Shown here in pieces: positions 34,865 to 50,137 of a stretch of DNA of 64,000 nt. This DNA comes from Oculina patagonica. Its lineage: Eukaryota. How positions within the stretch are numbered: position 1 is the stretch's first letter; every line of letters begins with the position of its first letter. The notes below the pieces were generated by a model. The model did no database searches. It worked only from the letters and a program-made list of their open reading frames with translations, and had not been told where the DNA came from. The stretch spans positions 496,001 to 560,000 of the forward strand of contig NC_135761.1 of assembly GCF_052425735.1 (NCBI RefSeq). The letters are read 5' to 3'. The position numbers and the translations under genes are program-made.

Positions 34865-35216
34865 ATGAGTGCAGTGCTGTGCAGTCTCTCTTCAACTTGT
34901 GAAATTGGTGCACTTTTAAATAATAATAATAATAATAATAATCTTTTATTAGGAAGCCTTCATTCACTATACAGTGGTTTTCAGAAAGGTCCTAACTAAG
35001 ATTAAAAATACTTTTATAAGACTATATACAATAAAACGAAAAATACCTAATACATACATCCAGCCTGACAAACGTACCCGTTTAGGGGTAGCCTCCTCGT
35101 ATAAGTTCCATTATAAAGAGACAGTTCCCCTCCAGGACCTTTGGGGAAGATACTCTCTCTCTTTAATGGACTCTGTGGTACATGTATATGGTTGATATGG
35201 GCACATGGAAGCTTAA

Positions 35217-36284
35217 GGTGGCTCGTACCGGTTTTTCTTGCGTGGGAAGTCTGGTGACTAGCGCGCGCGTCACGCTTCATGCCCACGAGTCACGCGTGAG
35301 ATTTGAAAAGAAAAACAAACATGGCGGCCGAGTGCGAGGTTGCTTTTCTTCATTTTAAGAAAGAAATTCCGCGTTCAACTGAAGTTTTTTCAACAAGAAC
35401 ATTTTAAGTCAACTTAATGTTCGACAGTCAAAATGTTTTCGGATCTCACTGCTCGAGTTACAATAGCAAATTCGCATGTGCTACGATCAATCTTGTCGGA
35501 GATCGTGACTCAATTCCACTTTTTTCGTTGCAGCTTATTTGAGTTCGCTTTCAAACACATGATTATTCAGACAAAGAAATACTAAACAGTAAGACCTAAG
35601 AGGCACAACTGGCGCTAACTGAAACTGGCTAAATCCCATGAAATCCTGAGCCGAAAAGTTTCGCAGACAAAGCGAGGGGAAGTCCACGCGTGTTGCGCGC
35701 GTATGTGCCCGCAAAGATCAGCGGTAGTCAGAACTGAGCATGAGTAAATACGAAACTTTTAAAATCGAAATTTTAAAGTGCGCGGAAACGCGCGTGGGAA
35801 TTATTGAGTTCGCGAAGGCTTTAGCAAGAAAACTAACCCGATGACCCCTATTTTTTATTGCCCTAATATTTTCCTTTTATGTAAAGGAAACGCCAGAAAA
35901 AATCTAAAAAAATTCTACGAAAGGAATTTTTAATTACTTACAAATTGCTCTTTTTTGCATTTGCAAAAAATCCGCTTCGTAGAATTTTTTTTAAAATAAT
36001 TATACAGTTTCTTTTTCATATGCTTAAAGTTATCACGAGAAAAAAAATGGGAGTCATCGAGTTAGTTTTCAAGATATAAGCACTGGAAGCTGAAAAAGGG
36101 TCCAAAAAATCATTGCCTTCCGTTGCCATGGTAACCACTGATGACGTTATTATTGGTATTTTGGATTTACAACACAATGGGTAATTTAATTATACAAAAA
36201 TTTTGTAACGATCTTTCATTATTTTTTTGGCCAATTTCTCCAAACGTCGCACAGTCAAAAACCTGAAAACTGGTACGAGCCACC
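35217..36284. mobile_element. Kolobok-like non-autonomous element with TTAA TSD
   Basis: ttaa|ggtggctcgtaccggtttt ... aaaactggtacgagccacc|ttaa. Confidence 0.8.
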
Positions 36285-36730
36285 TTAACATGAATTACTT
36301 GCCTTCATATGGCTCAAAGACCACACCCTTTAGGGCTGTAAATATCTATCAAGTGAGTAACTTATTAACTAAATACTCTGTATGTATATGTGGATGTTGA
36401 GCAGCTGTTACAATGTATATGCAAAATTAACTTTGTTTATATTAAATCAATAACCCTTACCCGTAATTAATCGGGCGTGGCCGATTTAAGGTTTACCCTT
36501 TGGTCGTCCTAGAGCGTAGTCTCCTGGCGCGGCCAAAAAGACGGGGATAGCTCGGGGTTGCTACAAAACCGCTACGGGTGACGCATACCGCAATGGTTTT
36601 CATTTTAGTTTTGACAGGAAATCGTTGCAGGCACACTTGGTCGACTTTTGGGTTAATGTGTAATCAGGTTGTGTTTTTTTGCTTCGGCGGAAGGACAGAG
36701 AAAAAAGCTTACGGTGCAAAGTACAGTATG

Positions 36731-37342
36731 GGGCCCAGTTCTCGGCCACTTTTGACGTAAACTTGTATTTCTTACCTCAGAAGAACCGCAGGAACTTGAA
36801 ATTTCTCCCAGAGCTAGCTACATTATTCAGCTTTTTGGTGTAAAGCTATCGACCGGTCAAAAATTAATTTGCCCGAGCAATAATAAAAATAAAAGCTCCA
36901 TTTGTGGGCCCAGTTCTCGGCCACCTTGGCCCAGTTCTCGGCCACTTTTGACGTAAACTTGTATTTCTTACCTCAGAAGAATCGCAGGAACTTGAAATTT
37001 CTCCCAGAGCTAGCTACACTTTTTATTCAGCTTTTTGGTGTAAAGCTATCGACCGGTCAAAAATTAATTTGCCCGAGCAATAATAAAAATAAAAGCTCCA
37101 TTTGTGGGCCCAGTTCTCGGCCACCTTGGCCCAGTTCTCGGCCACTTTTGACGTAAACTTGTATTTCTTACCTCAGAAGAACCGCAGGAACTTGAAATTT
37201 CTCTCAGAGCTAGCTACATTATTCAGCTTTTTGGTGTAAAGCTATCGACCGGTCAAAAATTAATTTGCCCGAGCAATAATAAAAATAAAAGCTCCATTTG
37301 TGGGCCCAGTTCTCGGCCACCTTGGCCCAGTTCTCAGCCACT
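36731..37342. repeat. 3 x 196-200-bp tandem repeat built around ggcccagttctcggcc; inverted copies of the motif at about 37737 and 38103-38136 suggest a nested TIR element (about 36712-38149)
   Basis: gacgtaaacttg recurs at 36754, 36950 and 37150. Confidence 0.85.
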
Positions 37343-39713
37343 AAAAAGCTTGTGCGTAATTATCTGTAAAAAAATGCTCAATTAATTTTCACAGTCATAA
37401 AATCACTCTGTAAACCTATTTATACTATATCGATCCCAAATTATTTTTATGATGCTTTGTTTTACTTTAGAAAAGAAGGATTTTAACGCGCCTAGTTGCC
37501 TATGTGCAGGTTCTGGCAAAACCGCATTGTGTGACCCGTGCATTTAGATGGTTTATTTTGCAGTGAAAAGGTCTTGAAATATTTAGGTGTTGTAGAAATA
37601 ATAGACAAGACAAGAATCAGCTCAAAACTTAGAGATAAGATTGAACTTTATTTTTAAAACATTTATTTCTTTCATTCTGGCAGCAGCAGATGAAATTATA
37701 TTAAAAACCAAGCGCTAAGCTGTGATAGCGAGCAGGGTGGCCGAGAACTGGCAAATACGCAAACGTCGCAAGAAAAAATTTCGAAGTAAATTAAGACCAA
37801 AAAATACAACGGTTCAACGAAAAGTTAACTAAAGCAGAAAGCTGAATTATTCTACGTTTCACATGCCAAAAATTAGCTCGTATGGTGGGGGCTTTTGGAT
37901 AAAATACGAATTTAACTACATCCATGAATTTGGAGCCGTAAACAAACAACTACCTCCGCGTAAACTCGACGTGTGAGCTTTCTATATCGAATTGAACGAT
38001 CAAACTCAAGATACTTAAAGCACATGAATCAGTCTATCGTTTGAAGGAAATACCTTTTCTTTTTGATTCAACTGGAGTGTGAAAAAACGCGTTAAACACA
38101 AAGTGGCCGAGAACTGGACCCGGCCGAGAACTGGGCCGATATATTCACCATTGTGAAATTGCACTTACTTTGACAAGTTAAAGTTATTTTTGTAAATGAA
38201 AAAGGTAACGTCATTGATGTCACGCAGTGTTTTTTTTAGCAAACTAGATGGTTTGCTGGTTTCTGACTATGAATGGGGGTGTGATCTTGCGGTATATTTT
38301 TTGAGCCTGACTCCGCCGTAAAACTTTTTTTTTATTTAGGAAGAACTGTGTCGATTTTCATTTCGAACAATTGGTCGTCAAGTCGTTTGTCACAAAGAGT
38401 AGAATGTTTGTACAGCATGTTTTGGAATTATTTTAGATTTGGTTAGTAAGACGCTTCTGAAGACCTGAGCAAAACATTGGGAATGTACAGTATTAATAGG
38501 AACTTGAATGGAATTTTTCACAAGTTGGATAAAGGTATCAACTGAAAAAAATGGAATTCAAAATGAGAACTTGGATTTTGTTGTAATTAAATTTTATCGC
38601 GGATTGGATGCATAATATCACGGCTTTGAAAGTCTTCAAATAATTAGAAAGGTTCCTTTCTTCCTTTTGATCTTATTGTTATTTTTATGTATTGATTATT
38701 CGAAAGTGGTTTTCGTTGATACGAAAAAAAAACGGGTTTTCACTGAATTGCTTGAAGTATTTTTAGACGTGATAATATTGGCTTAATCAAATTACATTGT
38801 GCACGAAATATTTGTTATTCTTTTGTCTTGAAACTTTGAGGAAATTGAAATTTTTGTTTGACAGTAGTGTATGAAAGGCATTTTATAGAACTGAATAAAA
38901 AATAAGAAACATTGATAAAGGTTATTTCAAAGATTTATTTTGCCTGATTTTGAAGGGTTTCAGGAGTTTTAAAGAGTGCTGGTAAACGGCTGTATGTTGT
39001 TTGTGATTACGGATCTTATTTAGTTTCGAACGCTCTAATTTTTGAAAGGTTAAAACAGGTTAAAACCGGGCGGTTTCATGAGTTTTTTGGGTAGAAAGGT
39101 ACGGTGGTGGTAAAAAAAAAATGTTTAGAAAGGAATGACTGTAGTAGCACGTAAGTCGGAGGTTTGCGTGAGTCACGGGGTATAGTATGCGTGAGCTGGA
39201 TTTCCGGCGTCATAACGGCATGTTTTGTTTACTGAAAGATACACTCGACGTTTAGTTAGCTTAGTCGGCTTGGGAAACTATTTTAAAAATGAATGTTGTA
39301 ATAGTTAATTAATAGTAATCTAGAATTAACCCACGCTCGATTGGAGTCTGTTCTGGATTCGCGCTACCTTTTCGCCGCGAAGGAATTTTGTAAAATTTCG
39401 CTAGTGGAAAGAGGTACTGTAAGAACAGTATCAATAACTCAAAAGGAGGAACTTCTTTGTAGCTCTGAATTAAGACGTATGATAAAATTTTAGAATAAGA
39501 AACTTTCGATATATGGTTTTCATATTGTTTTTGTCAATTTCCTTTTGTGGCAGATTTTTTGAGAATCAGCTTTTCTTTCGTGTGATGACAGACACAGGAC
39601 AGAACGAGAGGTGGATGAGAAAGATGCCGAAGATGAATAGGCACCGAAAAACGACAAGAACCGTCAAGGACTTATCTTTAGAGGGCGGGGAGTTTTGGCA
39701 TACTGTATTTCGA

Positions 39714-40608
39714 GGACTGGACTGGACTAGTAAAACGCGGACTAGTAAAACGCAGACTTGTAAAACGCGGACTAGTATAACGCGGACTAGTAAAACGCGG
39801 ACTTGTAAAAGGCGGACTAGTAAAACGCGGACTAGTAAAACGCGGACTTGTAAAACGAGGACTAGTAAAACGCGGACTTGTAAAACGCGGACTTGTAAAA
39901 CGAGGGCTTGTTAAGCACGGACTTGTAGAACGCGGACACTAAACGGAAACTAAACGGTTTAGCGAGCGAAACAATTTGTGTTTGAAGCTCTTGTGTGTTT
40001 CTTCGACGGCATATTTCTAGCTTTTTTGAGCACTCTATGGTCTGTTTTAGCGTGGAGATGTTTTTGCAGTATAGCACATGTTCGTTCTGCAAACCCCTAC
40101 TAAAACAACGGGATTGATGCTATGAGTTGTGTGCATATGTTTCTTTCTTTCCACTACTTGACGTCTGTTGAGTGCAGTCGTTTGTATTGCTCGCACGAGG
40201 TAGAACGGGGCCCGTCCAGAAATCAACAGTCAATCGTAAATAAAGGTGACGGGCCTACACGACTCCTACGTTCGTGACATTGGAATATTTGCCGTTAAAT
40301 GTTTAAGTTCGGTCTTTCGACCTTATTTGCTTCTGACTTCTTTCTGAGGGTACTGTTTTAATTTGGGGGCAGTATGTGGTAAATAAAGGTGACGGGCCTA
40401 CACGACTCCTACGTTCGTGACATTAGAACATTTGCCGTTATATGTTCAAATTCGGTCTTTCGACCTTATTTGCTTCTGACTTCTTTCTGAGGTTACTGTT
40501 TTTTTGAGACATTATGTATTGAAGAGAGCCGTAAGATGATTGTGGCCAAGGAATTCGAAGTGTCTAGAGGCGTTTTACAAGTCCGCGTTTTACTAGTCCA
40601 GTCCAGTC
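39714..40608. mobile_element. Foldback-like element with TIRs made of a 15-bp minisatellite (act[a/t]gtaaaacgcgg; about 14 units left, about 2 right) and an internal direct repeat of about 143 bp
   Basis: gactggactggactagtaaaacgcggact is inverted as agtccgcgttttactagtccagtccagtc; repeats start at 40236 and 40379. Confidence 0.75.
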
Positions 40609-42218
40609 TACAAGTTAAAGACACATCAAGACCACCCCACTGTGAATTGCCATAGCACAGACAAAATTATAGTCAATATCTTATGTGTTTTTAAGAGAAT
40701 TACATAAGAACCAAGGCATGTCTTGTCTTGCCTTACATTGACATGCAATAATTTGGAAATACTAAGCTCGTAACAGTTTAAGACAGAATCCATCAGGAAT
40801 TTGAGTAACATTAATTTTAGTTACGCAAAAATTGAGCACCAGAATAATTTAAATCCTTGTGTTCTTTCATACCTTGTTAAAGGCTTGACATGTGATAACA
40901 CCAACATAACACCAACAACAGTTCTTTATCAGTGGGGATTGAAGAAAAAAATGGAAACATCATCACACAGTTGAACCCCATGCAAAAACACTCCAGGATG
41001 TCACGGGACTGTTTGGTGTCCGTCTGCCAATTTCTAACTTCAAATTCCAATGTTAAATTCACATTAAATTTTCAATATTTCTTAGTTGTCTAAATTTTAC
41101 TAATTCTTTTAAAAAAACTATCACCTGCCAAACATCCCCAAAAATCACTCAAAAAATTACAAAATACCGCAATACATAGATACATGGGATGAGTGAAGTT
41201 TCCTTGTATTCCTTGAAACACCAACAAGATATTTCCGTTTAAGGTGGCTGATAATGGGTTTCAGTATTTCCCAGTCCTTATACTTTGGTTCAGTACTAAA
41301 AGCCTTCATCAATTGCTATTACAGTAATGGTATGAAACAAATGTTCAATCATTCATCAACAAGTTGTGATCATTTTCTTGACAATAGTAGTTCCCCGGTA
41401 AACAGTTGTAGTACTGTCCCATCAAAATGCAATGCCTGGAAAATACCGAAAAGCACACGACCGTCAGGTGAAACCGCACCTTACAGTATTACCAATACAC
41501 TGCACTTTGCTAAGTCAAACTTTACATTGTCTAGTCGTCTACTTCAATCGTTTATTTGTATTGTGTGAGATACATTTATAAATTGAAACCATCATGTCAT
41601 TAAGTAATAATGCAATCTCGACAACGTTCTAGATATTATATTATGCACACTAATACAGCTCATGCAAGCCCTGTGACTTACACAAACACAGTCGGACTGA
41701 GTGCTACTTAAGTAACTGCTTCGTGGTTTCTGCTGTACTGAACCCTGCCTTTCAAGGCAAAGCGCCCGATTTTAAGCTTCTCAAGCTTCTCAATGTTCTT
41801 GTTTCTCCACTTCTCTCTCCAGAAGATCACATCTCGCTGCTTTGGCCTGTTGCAGCTCCAATTCAGCTATCCTAGCTTTTAACTGATCATTTTCAGAGTG
41901 TAAATCCTGAAGGTGTAACAGAGTTCTTATGTGCTTGCCTGTCAGCCGTCCATCTTGTTCTACTCTATTCTCGTAACTCGCTCTCCGGTCTGTTTTAGTA
42001 GACATCGCCTTGAGCCAAAATAGATGACTTAATCGCAAGTTTTGCTTCTTCTTTTGATTCTTGATCACTAAAACACAGACAAAGTCACAAAGTGATTTAA
42101 CTTCCCGCTTTTCGGTGTATAAACTATCTTGTACAGTTAGCAAGTTGTTTATTCGTCGGCAAGGAACCACTCAATTTGCATTTTTCGTATATAGGTCCCA
42201 GTTCCCCCGACACGTTAA

Positions 42219-42670
42219 GGTCATTGCCCCGAAATAAAACTGAACATAGATTTTTAACCAAACTTCGCCTACTGGTTAATTACTTCAAGGGAACTTAAAT
42301 TTTGAAATAAAAAAGGGGGGTCACCAGATTCGTTTAGGAGCAGGACGACCATGTATATTCCATATAATTCCTTTATAATTCCTCTGCGAGTACTGGCAAA
42401 GTACACTTTTTTAGCGATAATTTATTTTTCAAACACATGAATTGATCTGTTTTCATTTTACAGAAAGAATTTGATCGCTACACCCAAAATATGAGAAAAA
42501 ATTGATAGGTCACCAGGCTCGTTTAGGAGAAAGCGACAATTTACTTCTCTCGCGGACCAAGCCACATACAAAAAAGCCGCCATTTTGTTGATGTGCTCGC
42601 GCGCGCGCGCGCTAATTACGCGTAAAATTCTGCGCAGTAAGGATGCGCAATGCAAAACAGGGCAATGACC
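42219..42670. mobile_element. Kolobok-like MITE in the bidirectional promoter of copy C
   Basis: ttaa|ggtcattgccc ... gggcaatgacc|ttaa; the empty site cacgttaaagcag at 15561 confirms TTAA duplication. Confidence 0.88.
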
Positions 42671-42863
42671 TTAAAGCAGTGACGCCTGGAGGAATTTAAA
42701 AATTCCTTCAAAACAAAACTGACATCAGGCACGTTAAAGCAGTGACGCATGGAGGAATTTAAAAATTCCTTCAAAACAAACCTGACAAAAGGCACGTTAA
42801 AGCAGTGACGCCTGGAGGAATTTAAAAATTCCTTCAACACAAAACTGACAAAAGGCACGCAAC

Positions 42864-44552
42864 ATGGGTGTCGAGGATTTCGGTGGCTTCGGGCCGATTA
42901 TTGTAGCCTTTTTAGTTGCAGTTTTTGTCAATGTGGTGATATTTACTCTCTGGAAGGGATACAAAGAAAGAAAGGAGCAGGAAGAGCAAAAGAAATGGTG
43001 GAAAGAAAATGTTATCTATCACATATATCCTCGCTCTTTCCAAGACTCCAATGGCGACGGAAATGGCGATTTACGAGGGATAACAAACAGACTCGACTAC
43101 TTTGAATTCTTGGGAATCAAGATCCTTTACTTAAGCCCGATTTTTAAATCACCCATGGTAGACAATGGGTATGATGTGTCCGACTTCAAAGACATTGATC
43201 CCCTGTTTGGAAACCTGAATGACTTTGATGAACTTCTAAAAGAGGTCCATGCAAGAGGCATGAAACTCATGCTGGACTTCGTACCTAACCACACCTCAGA
43301 TCAGCATCCCTGGTTCCTGGAAAGCCGCTCCAGTAAACACAGTCCTAAACGAGACTGGTACGTGTGGCTTGACCCTGCCCCAGGGGGTGGACCACCTAAT
43401 AATTGGACCAGTGCCTTTGGGGGAAGTGCATGGAACTATGATGCTAAAACAGGACAGTACTATTTGCATCAGTTTTTTCCAGAACAACCAGACCTCAACT
43501 TTAGAAATTTTGAGGTGCGTCAGGCTGTCAATGAGATTCTAATGTTCTGGCTTGATCGGGGGGTGGATGGGTTTAGAGTGGACGCAGTCTCACATCTTGT
43601 TGAAGATTCTAAATTTCGAGATGAGCCCACCAAGTCTGAATACGACCCCTTACACCCCCAGTATAGTCATTTGGAACATATTTACACCAAAGATGTGGAT
43701 GATAATCACAAAATTGTACAAGAGTGGAGAGCACTTCTAGATAAGTACAAAGACTCCTACAGAATTCTTATCGGTGAAATCATGTCAGATCTTCCAGATG
43801 TTCTCAAGTATTATGGGGGATGGAAGAATGAGTTTGACTTCCCCTTCAACTTTGGGTTGTTTGGGTTATGCAAATCCACAACTGCAGAAGATGTACGTAA
43901 AGTCATATCTGATTACTTTGCTGCTCTTCCAAGGGGTAGATGGCCAAATTGGGTCCTGGGAAATCATGATATGCCCAGAATAGCCACTAAAGTTGGTCAA
44001 GAGTTCTGCCGTGCAGTGAATGTACTCCTTCTGACCCTCCCTGGAACAGCTGTCACTTATTATGGTGAAGAAATTGGAATGGCAAATGCAAAAATCCCCT
44101 GCAACGATTTCCGAGATCCCCAGAGGTCACCCATGAGGTGGAGCAGTCAGGAACATGCTGGGTTTTCAACTGGAGCTACACCATGGTTGCCAGTTGGAGA
44201 GAATGTTGAGACAGTCAATGTTGAGGCTCAGATGTTAGATCCAACTTCTGTTTTACATCTGTATAGGGAACTACTGAGGTTAAGGTCTACATCGGAATGC
44301 TTCAAAGGAGTCAGTTTCAAAGTTGTTCATGTGGACCCTTCAATTCTTGCCTATACAAGGTCAGGACGGCACTGCACGTTTCTCATTGTAATAAACTTTA
44401 AACGTGATGAGATTTGGAAGGGGCCACTAAATGGCATCACAGGTTCAGGAGTTGTTGAAATTGACAGCGAGATGGCGATGAAAGGAACAAGTGTTCAATT
44501 TGATAGAATCACTCTCAATAAAGGACAGGCTCTTGTTATTAAGACAAAGTAG
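42864..44552 (+). CDS. GH13 alpha-glucosidase copy C, 562 aa (two amino-acid differences from copy A seen)
   Basis: Same motifs and intact triad; LPDVL vs LPEVL and TAEDV vs TAKDV. Confidence 0.95.
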   Translation: MGVEDFGGFGPIIVAFLVAVFVNVVIFTLWKGYKERKEQEEQKKWWKENVIYHIYPRSFQDSNGDGNGDLRGITNRLDYFEFLGIKILYLSPIFKSPMVDNGYDVSDFKDIDPLFGNLNDFDELLKEVHARGMKLMLDFVPNHTSDQHPWFLESRSSKHSPKRDWYVWLDPAPGGGPPNNWTSAFGGSAWNYDAKTGQYYLHQFFPEQPDLNFRNFEVRQAVNEILMFWLDRGVDGFRVDAVSHLVEDSKFRDEPTKSEYDPLHPQYSHLEHIYTKDVDDNHKIVQEWRALLDKYKDSYRILIGEIMSDLPDVLKYYGGWKNEFDFPFNFGLFGLCKSTTAEDVRKVISDYFAALPRGRWPNWVLGNHDMPRIATKVGQEFCRAVNVLLLTLPGTAVTYYGEEIGMANAKIPCNDFRDPQRSPMRWSSQEHAGFSTGATPWLPVGENVETVNVEAQMLDPTSVLHLYRELLRLRSTSECFKGVSFKVVHVDPSILAYTRSGRHCTFLIVINFKRDEIWKGPLNGITGSGVVEIDSEMAMKGTSVQFDRITLNKGQALVIKTK

Positions 44553-45184
44553 ACACTTCTAGATATAGTATCAAATAAACACAAAAAATCATGCTCTTGG
44601 CTGAGGAAGATATCAAACTATCTATTATTTTTGCCCCCAACCACATGCTATTCTTTTCGTGCATTAAAGCAGTACTTTGAAGGACAGTAAACAGATCTTG
44701 GTACTTGTACATTTATATTTATTGCATATTTTGTTCCCTAAGTTTTTATAAAAATACAAGCAATTATTATCTTCATAGAATTCCCCTCTATCTAACTTCC
44801 TATCAATTATTTATACAGTAGTTATTATTAAAGTTACAAGTCTGACCAAAAAAATAAACTGTAAAACCTGTATATAGCTATGTGAATTGCATAAGTTTTT
44901 AAATAAAGACAATTCTTGAGTAGTTCTTATTGTAGCAACCAACCAGTTCATTTGGTTCATTCGGGTAATGTCCATGTACAATATCTAACTGCGCCTCTTT
45001 TTCACTTAAGTAAGTAAGTAAGTAAGTAAGTACTTTATTTAGACACATGTCACCAATGAGCCAGGGGCTCGTTTAAAAGTGAACGTGTATTCTAAAAATT
45101 ACAATGTAAAAAAAATTTAAATATGATTATCTATTCAATAAAAATACATAAATTAGACTTCAATAAAGACAAAGTTTCCATGAG

Positions 45185-47232
<2,048 letters not shown>

Positions 47233-47750
47233 CTACAAGAAAAAATTCCAATAGATGGTGAACTTGAGGAAATGGATGTCTCAGCACTAGACTACAAGCA
47301 GTCCCACTTGTTTGATCTTAGATGGAATAAGATAAAAGAGAAGTTGATCATGGTCTATCCCAGCAAATTTCCATTTCCTTCCCCTATGAGACAAAGTGTC
47401 TGTCATTCATTACAAAATTGATCTCTGTAAAACACTACAGAGATCAATGACAGACATGTTTCTACTGGTTGTCGCTGATGCATGTAACAACCAATGTGTA
47501 GTTCCAGAAAATATCCATAACCCCGCCACGGAAGGGTTTTTGTTTTGCACCCCCCCCCCCCAGGAATTTCCGTTCCAGAGGGTCTGTGAGGGCCCCCCAC
47601 CCCCCAGGAATTTCCAATATTTTTAAACACCCTTTAAAATTCGAAATTGCTTCGTACTTTAAAACGTAGGACGATTGTAACAATCAAGTTGTATCCTTAG
47701 CATTGGGACACTAAATAAATCGGCAGAAACGTTTAATACGTGCGTGATCT

Positions 47751-48500
47751 TCACTTGTAAATCAGAAATCAGTATGTAAACATGTAGCTTAAAAACTTCA
47801 TTCACACCGCTAGAATAATTTTTTAATTAGTTAAAAGCCTGGGCCTTTTTATTTCTTTCACTGTTAGTCATTAATTTACTAGAAGATATGTTACAATTTC
47901 TGCGAACATTTCCTTGCACACCATGTACAAGTGTTTCGCGCCCACCATCTGCCTGAAATATCTGGGTGAAATATAAACCTCAACATTTGACGAGTGCAAT
48001 AAATTCGCGGAGACTTAAATATTCCGTTTACTTGCCTACAAGTATTGACAAAAACTGGTCGAGAAAGACGGTGAATGACGAGTTGTAAGAATGAAATTGA
48101 TAGAAACCGAACTAACAACTTTTTCTCACTTGTAAATCAGAAATCAGTATGTAAACATGTAGCTTCAAAACTTCATTCACACCGCTAGAATAATTTTTTA
48201 ATTAGTTAAAAGCCTGGGCCTTTTTATTTCTTTCACTGTTAGTCATTAATTTACTAGAAGATATGTTACAATTTCTGCGAACATTTCCTCGCACACCATG
48301 TACAAGTGTTTCGCGCCCACCATCTGCCTGAAATATCTGGGTGAAATATAAACCTCAACATATGACGAGTGCAATAAATTCGCGGAGACTTAAATATTCC
48401 GTTTACTTGCCTACAAGTATTGACAAAAACTGGTCGAGAAAGACGGTGAATGACGAGTTGTAAGAATGAAATTGATAGAAACCGAACTAACAACTTTTTC
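47751..48500. repeat. 375-bp tandem duplication, single-copy at about 20647-21025
   Basis: tcacttgtaaatcagaaatc at 47751 and 48126. Confidence 0.9.
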
Positions 48501-48517
48501 TCACCCTAAACACTTAA

Positions 48518-49384
48518 AGAGGCTTGATGTAGTTTTTTTAGCCGAAGGGTGGTTGTTTTGAAAATTAAAATTCTCTGGCAAGCCAATGTTCAATTTTTGC
48601 CAAAATACACCACAATGATCAAATATGACCAAATTTTAATTTTTTACCGGTCATTTTGTCAGAAAGGTTACCATAGCAACTACTGACCGTTTCTTTTGTT
48701 TTCAAACAAGCTTGATTTTCTCGAAATCTAGATTGACTCTTGTTGTTTATTTTTTGATATGTTAAAGTTTAGTAGATTGACTAGCTCTTGACAAAATTTT
48801 AGAAAAATCTGTAAGAGCGTTTTCAAGTAAATCAAGAATGAAATTTTCAGAAAAACCCCGTTTTAATCTAAAATAGGCACTTTTAAATTGTTTCGTATTA
48901 TTTGAGCGCAGTTACTCTCACTAAAATATGAATACTCTCACTAAAATATGAATACACCATCAAAGACCATTTACTGAAAGCGAAAGAGTTTTTGCTTTAA
49001 TTTGTTAAAATATATAGACTGCCATTGTAGGAAATTATGAGGAATTAACATAAACTTTATTCTTGATTTACTTGAAAACGCTCTTACAGATTTTCCTAAA
49101 ATTTTGTGTACAGGTAGTCAATTAATCTACTATACTTGAACATATCAAAAAATGAATACCAAGAGTCAAGCTAGATTTCAAGAAAATCAAGCTTGTTTGA
49201 GAACAAAAGAAAACGTCAGTGGTTGCTATGGTAATCTTTGTGATTAAGTGACGGGTAAAAAATAAAAATTTGGTCATATTTGATCGTTATGGTGTATTTT
49301 GGCAAAAATCGAGCATTGGCTTCCTTGATAATTTTAATTTTCAATACAACCACCCTTCGGCTAAAAAAACTACATCGAGCCTCC
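48518..49384. mobile_element. Duplicate of the Kolobok-like MITE at 21040-21890
   Basis: Same TIRs and TTAA flanks. Confidence 0.8.
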
Positions 49385-49928
49385 TTAAAAGAATGATCCC
49401 ACCACTGCTAGTGCATTTGACGCAGACGCAAACAAGCACAGAAGCCTGACATCTCTTTCTGGTCGCTACTGAAATTCAGACAAGAGTTTCCGTAAATAAA
49501 ACCGGTTCTTAAATTTGAGAGGTGAAAATTCTGTAGTCGGCAAACGAAAAAGTCCACTTGAAAAACATCATAAGCCCTGCCGGAAATAAGCTTGCGTGTT
49601 GTCACCATGAATAATGTGTTACCATGTGTTATTTCCGCTAGGTAATATATTCACACAACAAGTAATTCCGCAGCAAACAATGTCGTGACGTACATGGCAC
49701 AGAAAAAAAAGAAGCCTAATTTATTGTGCAGTCCATCGGCATCAATAAATAAAGGCGACAAAAAGACTTCACTAATTTTATATTAGATTTTTGCTGTAAA
49801 ACAAGTTATATAAAAAAAGGCGGGGGCAGCTAGTGAGAACTATTACTAGTATATGTATATGTGGATGTTGGGCAGCTGTTACAATGTATTATGCAAAATT
49901 AACTTTATAATATTATCAATACCCTTAC

Positions 49929-50137
49929 CCGTAATTTCTCCACTTCTCTCTCCAGAAGATCACATCTCGCTGCTTTGGCCTGTTGTAGCTCCAATTCAGC
50001 TATCCTAGCTTTTAACTGATCATTTTCAGAGTGTAAATCCTGAAGGTGTAACAGAGTTCTTATGTGCTTGCCTGTCAGCCGTCCATCTTGTTCTCTCTGT
50101 TCTCGTAACTCGCTCTCCGGTCTGCCTTAGTGGACAT
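49929..50137 (-). pseudogene. Frameshifted first exon of the coiled-coil gene (copy D)
   Basis: 209 nt instead of 210; 1-nt deletion near 50095 (ttctctctg vs ttctactctg). Confidence 0.8.

Larger units (their letters stand above)
36468..41800. mobile_element. 5.3-kb composite insertion in coiled-coil exon 1 (copy C), unclassified
   Basis: Host sequence cccgtaat/ttctccact is split. 9-bp inverted ends aatcgggcg (36469) / cgcccgatt (41771). About 30 bp of filler and no clean TSD. Contains nested repeat elements. Confidence 0.65.
26109..42005 (-). pseudogene. Partial duplicate of the coiled-coil gene: exon 1 (41801-42005 plus 36461-36467) split by a 5.3-kb insertion, and exon 2 (26109-26243)
   Basis: Homologous to 15142-15351 and 13219-13353. 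Exon 1 is broken just before the donor. Exons 3-5 are absent from this unit. Confidence 0.8.

Noticed and set aside
36731-37342. Recurrent ggcccagttctcggcc motif resembling a CRISPR array
   Set aside because: The intervening sequences are near-identical rather than unique spacers; eukaryotic context; no cas genes
39513-39914. 133-aa ORF with TSKTR/TCKTR repeats
   Set aside because: It is a translation of the 15-bp minisatellite TIR of a foldback element; no other coding evidence
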